From contig JAVECO010000115.1 of NCBI GenBank assembly GCA_051942205.1, positions 55,740 to 75,739 on the forward strand: a stretch of 20,000 nucleotides of DNA. Direction: 5' to 3'. The notes below the pieces were generated by a model. The model was not told the origin of the DNA. It saw only the letters and a program-made list of their open reading frames with translations, and ran no database searches. This DNA is from Coniocarpon cinnabarinum (taxonomy: Eukaryota). Made by a program: the position numbers and the translations under genes. Shown piece by piece: positions 1 to 7,875 of the stretch. Each line of letters begins with the position of its first letter. The stretch's first letter is position 1.

Positions 1-751
1 TATCACGACCACGCTCCGAATGCTCAAGAAGTCGGTATTCAGCAATTGTGTGGCGCAACTGCCGGAACAATAAATAGAGTATGTATGCATTAGCAAGACC
101 CAGGATGAGCAGGAATGCAGCAGAGACAGCTGAGCCTATAATACCGCCAATGGTCGAAAACCCCTCGAATTTGTCCGAGACGGACGCGGCAGTGGCAGCG
201 ACAACAATGGACGTGATTATGACAATACTACAGCGTCAATGAGAAGTGAGCGTCACGGTTTAGAACATCTTATACAAACGACACCTACGTGGAATGGCCC
301 AGGGAGAAGAAGGTGCCTACAGTCACTGGTCTTTGATCGCTTGCAACAAGGCGTCGAGTCATCAAGTCAATCGCTGATATGTGGTCCGCGTCGAGGGCAT
401 GGCGGAGACCCAGAGTCCAGGCTAAGACGCCCAGGCCAGCCAGTCCTCTAACGAGATCTCAGACGGGCTCAGGGCATCCAAAGGCATGCCAAGGACTACC
501 TACTCATAGTAGTACTATGATGCCACGTAAGAGATGTTTCCGACATCGGCCAGGGCGTTGGCTCTTACTGATAGTATGCCAACAATGATCCAGACCGCAA
601 CATTAACGGCGACGAGGATTGCTACGACGCCACAGGCTCGAGGCGGTAGAACGCGCAGGAGAGGCACACTGTTGTATTTGGAGAGTATCCTCCGGCGCAG
701 ACGTTGACGGCGCGGTCGGGGGAGAGGGCGCAGTCCAGTGGTGTCGTCCAT
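1..751 (-). CDS. nic1: High-affinity nickel(/cobalt) transporter, NiCoT family (Nic1-like); runs off the window start. Exons 751-569, 514-504, 447-289, 227-<1
   Basis: Manual splicing gives MDDTTG...[119 protein letters not shown]. It contains the NiCoT signatures RHAxDADH and FSLGHST. Introns 568-515 (GTAAGA..TAG), 503-448 (GTAGGT..TAG) and 288-228 (GTAGGT..TAG) keep the frame. The start ATG at 751 is inferred. Confidence 0.93.
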
Positions 752-2347
752 CTCGTCTGGATTGGGCACCAGCCACGCACACACGTCCCAAGCCGCTCCA
801 CATTCCAGACGTCTCATCCCAGCGCAGAGGAGCTCGCTGTGCACATGGATGAAGTCAAGAGTGCTTATCTCAGCAGGGAGGGATGGCCGGAGGGTGATTG
901 GTGGAGAAGTCGTCTTAAGCGCTAGACCTCGTGGCACAGTCGAATCAATATCCAATATCACGACCTTGCCATGCACGGCCAGCACACCCAAGGCAGGCGC
1001 GCCCGGGGCTCAGGGGAAGATAAAGACTCGCTGGCTGTCGTCGACTTCATCTCCCTCTGCTCGCCGTCGCTGCTGCGTTTCATCCTCTGCTGTTCGTTCA
1101 AGTTCCGAACAACGGCTTCTAGCGTGGCCCATCGGCACTTGGATCTCCATTTCTCGGGTCCTGCAGTCCGGAGACGCCGATGCAACAGCCATCATCATCA
1201 TCAAGCTAACGTCCGCAGCCTGGCGCAGAGCCAGAGCCAGATCCATTGAGCAAGGAGCCACCCTCGTGGCCGCTCCGCTGATGAAGAGAGATCCGCGGCT
1301 GTCAGACCTCGACCTGTTTCAAACGCGCCAGGAGATCCATGCCCGCCGGCCTCTGCCCTTCCAACTGCGCACAAGCCGCCTCGGTGTATCACCCGCTGCA
1401 CACGCACTGCACTCCGAAATGGGCGCAAAGTGATTCAGGCCCGGGCGGTGCGAGCGCGGCCGGCTCCGTCCACCGGTCGAGTCGCAGCATGGGCATCCAG
1501 GGCACTTGCATCCACCCACTGCCAGATGCCGTCCATGCGCGGTGCACGAGTCTCGAGGAAGAGCTGACGGGGCCGGCGAAGGGGAGCACGAAGGCGCGGA
1601 CTGCCAAAGGATTCTGAAACGCCATGTGAGGCTCGGCTCATTCATGCTTTGGGACAAGCGCCCTCCACGCCGTCGTGGTGAGCAACGGCGTCTGTTCCAC
1701 GTCGACGCTCTCCCCGTGATTGGTCAGCGCCTGGCGTCTACAGGTTCGTCACCATCCATAGCAGGCATTCTTATCGATGTCAGTTTCTTTACTATTTCCC
1801 CTCTGTCATCCTCAAACACCTCCATATCCCGCCCTCCGCCGCCGTGGCCAATGCAACTCGCACGACAGAAAGAGTTTGGCAGCGTGCAGGTATCTCAGAA
1901 AAGATGGCCCCGCCAGCCACTCGGCTCGACGCTGCCTGCAACAAGCCCGCCCGACATGCATTGGGCTGCAGTAGTGCTGGAAACAGACTCGTCAATCTCC
2001 TCCCTGTTACGCTCAAACCACCAAAATCCCTTTCATGTACCTCCGTCTCGAATACTTCCTTTTCGTCCCTCTTCATGCCCTGAAACCCGGCGCCTACTCG
2101 CACACCCTTCCCTTCAACCATGATCTGAGTGGTGCTTACGCGCGTGGCTCTGTCGTTCCCTCCTCCCTTCCAATGGTCACTCGTTTATAACACCCCTTGA
2201 TTGTATTCGTCCGCTCGTTGCTCCACCAGGCCTAGCTGGCATTTTTCCGCACGACTCAGGTTTTTTTGTACCAAACCTTGCATCCTGTTATGAGGTCCTT
2301 CAACTTCTTCAACATTGTTGTTGTTGTCGTCTTTTGGGTTGGCGTTT

Positions 2348-3523
2348 ATGGATCGTTCTTTCTCAGAAACTGAAAAGGTTGGTGTACGCTGGCTCTCCTC
2401 GGGTTTTTCTTGATGTCTGTGTCGTGTGATCCATAGTCGACAGTCTCGGGCCCCCCAAGCATGAGCGGATGCTGATGACAGTGGCGTTCAGGTGAATCTG
2501 TTGGCAGAGATACTCAAAGCTAGCTCAGTACCGCACACTGCCTTGTTGGACATTGTCTATCAGTACCGCGTGGAGCCCCAATGGGCCGAAATCTCACGTC
2601 CACCAGGCCGATCACCACAAGAATGTCAAGAAACTTTTGCTCAGCTCCGCGCGAATCATCCGCAGGCTCCAGCACCGGCCGGTCGTCCTCCCACAGCATC
2701 TTTTCAGCCTCCTCAACAATTCCCTAGCCGCCAATTCCCGCCGCTAGAAGGATCTGCTTCTTATGGAGGGAGTCGGACAATTCAACCGCGGCCTGAAGGA
2801 GTACCTCATTCTGCTATTCTGTCAAGCGGTAGTCCCTATGGACTACAAACGTCGGATCAACCATACAAAAAGCGAGGCAGACCTTCCAACGCCGAGGTAG
2901 AGCAACGGAAGCGGGAATACGCGGAGCGTGGGGAGCCTTATCCCACCTCGGGGAGGGGTCGCAAACGATCGAAGCCAATTCAGGGCCCTTCACCGACGTC
3001 TCCGACCAGCGTGCAGTCCGGCGGCAGCATAGTAATGCAGCCCCAATCAGATACCCAGGGAGGTGCGGGCACGCAAAGACCTACGTATGCTGGAGCGCCG
3101 GAGCCTTCGCCGTCTTCTGTTGGACCGAGCCAAAAGTCTCCAACAGCTACTGAGCCTTCACTGTCTGAGCAGCGACCACCCCTGCAACATTCGTACAGTT
3201 ATCATGAACGTAGTCAGAGCCAACAACAACAGCGATTGCCTCCACCTCAGACTCCCTTTCACACCCCGACCCAACTGCGTCCATTCACGTCAGATCATGC
3301 GCCGCAACTACAGGCTCAGTACAGGCTGCCTTCACCACCTCAGTTCTCACGTCCAACGTCTTTGCCTTTCCCGGGCTCAGTGCTTCAACGTCCATTATCG
3401 AGTCCACACGCCGCTTCAGCTCCTCCCCCTTTTCCGCCGTCGCAGAGTTTCCCTCGACCTCCAGAACCGCCTCGACAACGAACACCTCCTCGGCCGACGA
3501 CCACCGGTCCTGTTGAGCGCTGA
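2348..3523 (+). CDS. Uncharacterised Pro/Gln/Ser-rich fungal protein with a small N-terminal helical domain and an AT-hook/NLS-like KKRGRP motif (probably nuclear). Exons 2348-2377, 2492-3523
   Basis: ATG at 2348 gives MDRSFSETEK. Intron 2378-2491 (GTTGGT...GCTGAT...CAG) joins in phase 0 to the 343-codon ORF VNLLAEILKASS...EPQWAEISRPPGRSPQEC. Contains YKKRGRPSNAEVEQRKREYAERGEPYP and a low-complexity P/Q/S tail. Confidence 0.8.
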
Positions 3524-4414
3524 GTACTATGCTTCAACGGACCCACAACTTTTTCGAATCAACATGACTCAGTCTCCACCCCTTACATGATGACGCCCGG
3601 CTTTTATTTCGCGTTCATACATGGATGTCTACAGCCTATTCTGTTTAATGAAGATTGCAGAAGAGCATAGCGTTTGGGTACTTGACATTTACGAAGCAAG
3701 ATGCATACGACATTGCGTTTAGGGCTTTTTGGCCTATCACCACGTACTACGAACGTTACGGAAGAAAGGCAACACAGATATCTTGGCGTGGCAAAAAGGG
3801 ATTTAGATCTACCAATAGCGGGACGCAAATGTAAGAAAATAGTTACAAAATCTGTATGATACAATACACGTGGCGAAAGATCATTGTATTAATATTTCGG
3901 GAAATCTATCGGTGTAATCACTGGTCAAAACAGACATTGTTTTCGAGGTCATGATCACACCTATCTGGGTACATTGCAAACGGCATGTCCAAGGCTCACG
4001 ACTCATGCAGTGTCGGTCTCAGCAAAGATGCCAGGTGTAGAACTAAGGAAATGTGGATTTTTTTAGGTGAGTCCCACGTCCACAAGTTGTGTGGCAAAAG
4101 TTGTGTTCTGCTAACAACCATGAACCAAATCGTTAAGACCCGTCAAGGTGCGCAGATGTGAAGACTTCGTCCTTCAGCGTCATGAATGTTAAACCATGTA
4201 GCAGGGAGCATGACCTGACCTCGATAGTAAATGCCAAGTCAGGCAGGTACTTGGGCTTTTGACTGTACGAATGAACGCTCTTTTCTGTTCGCCCCTCGCA
4301 AGTCGGTTTGACAGCTCAACAAACTTCGCAGCTGTCATCAATGGTGGAAAGATTGTCATTAAGTCGCGAGTCTTCCTATGAAGCTTGGCGTTGAGATGCG
4401 CCGGAGACGTCTCA

Positions 4415-6185
4415 TTACAGTCGGGTTTGAAAAGCCTCGCTTCTCATGGATATCACACCTCTTGGCGATCTCGAGGAACGCCAGCGTCGACGACCAGCTT
4501 TGAGATACTCGAGTTGACTTGCATGTGTGGCAGCACTATCTGAATGCTCCGATAGCGGTAAGTGCCGGCGGCCTTTTTCCAATGAGAGCCGCAAAGGAAT
4601 CACGTCCTTCCTCAACTCGGGGAATGAGAAGCACCTCTGTGATTATATGCCGGTAGCATGAGAGATCTTCAAATGGTGTGGTAAGCCGCAGGGTAACCAC
4701 TCGGCCGACGCCTGGAAACCACAGCTGTTGGATCGTCGCTGTCTTTTTGGCAGTGGCAAGAGTATCGTCCTCCAAAGTTTCATCAGGCATTTAGCCTCTT
4801 TCACTTGATATCGCAGAAACATCTGGACCGCTGCTGGCTCCTTACTGTGCCTTTAATCCAAAGGAAAACGTGCTTACACCGGTGCACATGGCCTCAACAG
4901 CTCAATCAATCGCGCTCTGGCCACACGCCTGTGTGAGTACAACTAATTATTAGTCAATCGGCAATGTTCGTCGTATTATGGCCGTGTCCATCTCTTTCAA
5001 AAACCCAATGATGTCTTGGTCACATCTTACTGACTTCGAGTGTCTGGCCTCCCCAAGTTCCTGCCTTTTGGCTTATTACTGTGACCCTCACACTCTTGGG
5101 CCTGGATCCGCCTTTCCATCTGCTGGCTGGCACAAATGGGCTTTTGCATGGAGATGTGAACCGATGCGCGTTTCTTGCGTTTAAGGAGTCAGAATCCACC
5201 GTGTTTTCTTTGGCAATACCAGAGGTCTTTTGGGTGACGTGTTCTGTCCTGGCTCCAAACTTTTCATCATCTGCATACTGATCATCCCCGTCGGTGTCAG
5301 GGGTATTTAGCTCATTGCCAATACTATGTTGGGAGAAGAGACATTGCAAAGGCCACGTGGGAGCTCTTCCGCTGGATGTAGCACATTTGTCGAATCAATC
5401 AGGCGATCGTGTGTCGACGATGGCTGGTATCGTCATCATCGTCGATCATCTATTCTGGGTGTGTTAGCGATCGATTGCGCCAAAAGAGAATGCTGATGGT
5501 GTTCAAATCGTGAAGCCAGCCTTTCAGAAGACAGGCCCACTTGAGAGCCACCCATTCATTCCCTCTTCCATACTTGACCAACTGTTGAAACTGGCGTTGA
5601 GCGACGTAATGGATGTCCTGCAGAACATCCGCAGGAATGCTTTCCTGTCGCCATCTCCATCTTCTGGAGTGGATCGATTGTCTGAGGCGCGGACCCTCTT
5701 GTGTTCGGAATCGTTTCTTGACTCTCACTCGACCGGTTCTCCGTGGCTCATACAAAAGTCTGCCATGTAAACCGTCACTTTTATCCGCTATGCTTCATAG
5801 AAGCAGAAGCTCTTGTAGCGACCACCATTGGTCTCTGGAGTCGACTGGACGGGACGCCACTCTGCTCATGCACGGCTTTCGCCGAACATAACATCGATGT
5901 TCTGAGCCTCGTCATCGACGCATTGGCTTCACACCATTGCTCAGCTGGCTGCTCGTTGCCACAGGTGCTCTTTACAGTTGCAAAAACATCGAGCAAGGTT
6001 TGAGACTGTGAAGGCTTAATTTGCGGCCTGCTCATTGCGAGCAACCTCACTGTAAATCGCTGGGGCTTTTGGCTTCCTCTGGCTGGCCTCACTACTTTAT
6101 TGGCAAAACTGATTAAGAAAAGCAAGCTCATCGCAATGCAGCAACAAAACGTGAAAAACGACGGCCCTGTTAAATGCATGAGCAA
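4415..6185 (-). pseudogene. Possible decayed gene(s): a chain of short same-strand ORF fragments with no recognisable family
   Basis: Minus-strand ORFs 5781-6185, 5450-5755, 5020-5349, 4536-4790 and 4415-4615 lie nearly end to end. Some stretches look protein-like (IPADVLQDIHYVAQRQFQQLVKYGRGNEWVALKW; NTPDTDGDDQYADDEKF) but are broken by stops and frameshifts. I found no convincing splice model. Confidence 0.25.
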
Positions 6186-6418
6186 TGGGTGCGATTTTGC
6201 AAGGTGGCAGCCAAGGTGTTGCTGGGGTTTTAGGGCCGTTGCTTGGGCTTTTGCCTCTTGACTGTCACTGTCCCAGGTGATCGTACACCTGCCACGGCAA
6301 CGCGTTGGCTTTTTGCCCGCTCCTCACCTCTTCTACCACCGTCAAGCTTTGTTGAATTGCCTCTCTCCAAATCTATCTCCGCTACGCTTAGACCATAACT
6401 TCTCCCTTCACTATCAAC

Positions 6419-7331
6419 ATGGACGCAGCTCGATCGAACGCAGACACTTCTCCTGATGCCTTTGCGGCTGAATTGGCCGCCAGGCTTGAACGCCTTGGTG
6501 CCGACTCTGACAGTACCCAAGAGATGCGCACCGATGCTCCGGAAGATCCACCACCAGCACCGCCGAATACCCCGACCCCTGATGTCCTCGACTGCTTGGA
6601 CGTGATCCTGAAACTCCCCGCCTTGCACCATTGCACCCCGGAGTCGTCGGGGACCGAGTACGACCAGTACCTCGAGAAACTCAATGAATTCAGGATCGCG
6701 AACGTTGTCTCCGCTAACCCCAACAGAGCGCTCGTAAGTGGAAATTCCTGTTCTTCTCCTTTGACGACGAAAGACCGTATTGTGATGATGATGGTTGTTC
6801 AAGCCCATTAAATAGATAGCCAGCTGACAGTTGTCATTCTAGGCTATTTGGGTCGACGAGGAAAGACGGCGCACGAGCATCGATGCGGCCAAGGGCATCG
6901 TCAAGTGGGGGCATGGTAGGGAAATGGCGGGGGTCGCCGCTGAATTCGCGCTTGCCATCATGGACCGTGAGTGGGAGGAAGAAGGCATGCATGGGGATCT
7001 CCGCGACTTCGAGGCGCGCTGGGAGAGCCTCATCGAGAAGGCTCACGACATGGCCGGCAACCTCCAATTGGACCATGCCGATCGCAACGGGTGGGGCACG
7101 TTCACACGGCCGTGGCGCGCTGCATGGTATCGCAATTGCTTCCGCAAAGCGTCCGATGACCGGTGGTACGAGGAGTGGTGGGCAAAAGTTGTGGAGAAGG
7201 GGCTCTCCATGGAATTGGAGGATGGGGAGGTGATAGTGTGTAGGCCTGGCTACGGCCAGGACTATATGACGCCCAAGCAGGCGTGGCGGCTCTATCGCGC
7301 TTTTAATTGCCCAGATTGGTTCTGGGAGTGA
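6419..7331 (+). CDS. Hypothetical protein, 267 aa, with an acidic/Pro-rich N-terminus and a Trp-rich C-terminal domain. Exons 6419-6733, 6843-7331
   Basis: ATG in good context (CAACATGG). A canonical phase-0 intron 6734-6842 (GTAAGT...GCTGAC...TAG) joins ORF 6419.. to the frame of ORF 6924-7331 (...NPNRAL|AIWVDEERRRTSIDAAKGIVKWGHGREMAG...CPDWFWE*). Third codon positions are GC-rich. No family recognised. Confidence 0.8.
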
Positions 7332-7347
7332 GCTCAACGAAAGAGAA

Positions 7348-7875
7348 AAGTTGAGCAGCTTGTACGATAGGCAGAATACATACCACAGGCCGACGAGTAC
7401 GGTGACGATCGGCTTTTACCAGTAATCAGACGCTGAATTGTAGTGCGGCTGGGGCTGCATAATGCCATCAACCCGACTTATCACTCAAGCGGGTGGTGAA
7501 AATTCCCAATCTCTCCATCCATCAAAAGTCGAAGAGCCCGTACGATAAGTACAATTCAGGCCACAGACCAACGAGTACAGCGACCATCGGCCTTTGCCAG
7601 TAATTAGACGCTGAATTATAGGACGGCTAGGGCTGCATAATGCCGTCAAGACTTCTCACTCCAGTGGGTCGAGAAAATTCCTAATCTCCCTATCCATTAA
7701 GAGTCGCCGAGCTTGTACGATAAGTACAATTCAGGCCCCAGACCGACGAGCACAGCGACCATCGGCCCTTATCAATGATTAGACGCTGAATTATCGTGCA
7801 GCAAGGGCTGCATGACGCCATCAAGACTTCTCACTCCAGCGGGTCGTGAAAATTCCCAATCTCCCCATCCATCAA
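7348..7875. repeat. Diverged tandem repeat, 3 units of ~175-178 bp (7348-7525, 7526-7700, 7701-7875), overlapping the transketolase 3' end
   Basis: Anchors recur in all three units: GTACGATA (7362, 7540, 7715), ATCGGC, AGACGCTGAATT, GGGCTGCAT, TCACTC (7481, 7656, 7831) and GAAAATTCC. Units are roughly 80-90% identical by hand alignment. Confidence 0.95.

Noticed and set aside
738..2123. Long ORFs 738-1433 (+, 231 aa) and 1506-2123 (+, 205 aa) and overlapping minus-strand ORFs
   Set aside because: Arg/Ser/Pro-rich translations with no motif and non-ATG starts. This is GC-rich DNA between two divergent genes, so chance ORFs are the likeliest explanation.
3600..6400. Transposon remnant interpretation of the gene-poor segment
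   Set aside because: I could see no terminal inverted repeats, LTRs, target-site duplications, or transposase/RT motifs. Isolated TTAGGG hexamers are at chance frequency.
6782..6828. C/D-box-like pair (GTGATGA...CTGA) in the orphan gene intron
   Set aside because: Too short for a snoRNA, and the CTGA is part of the GCTGAC branch point.
6230..7337. Antisense ORFs 6230-6808 and 6834-7337
   Set aside because: They mirror the two exons of the plus-strand gene, which has the canonical splice signals and a good ATG context.
7348..7875. CRISPR-like array or ribozyme array interpretation of the tandem repeat
   Set aside because: Whole units are homologous with no unique spacers, the context is eukaryotic with no cas genes, and I found no hammerhead core (CTGANGA...GAAA) in the units.
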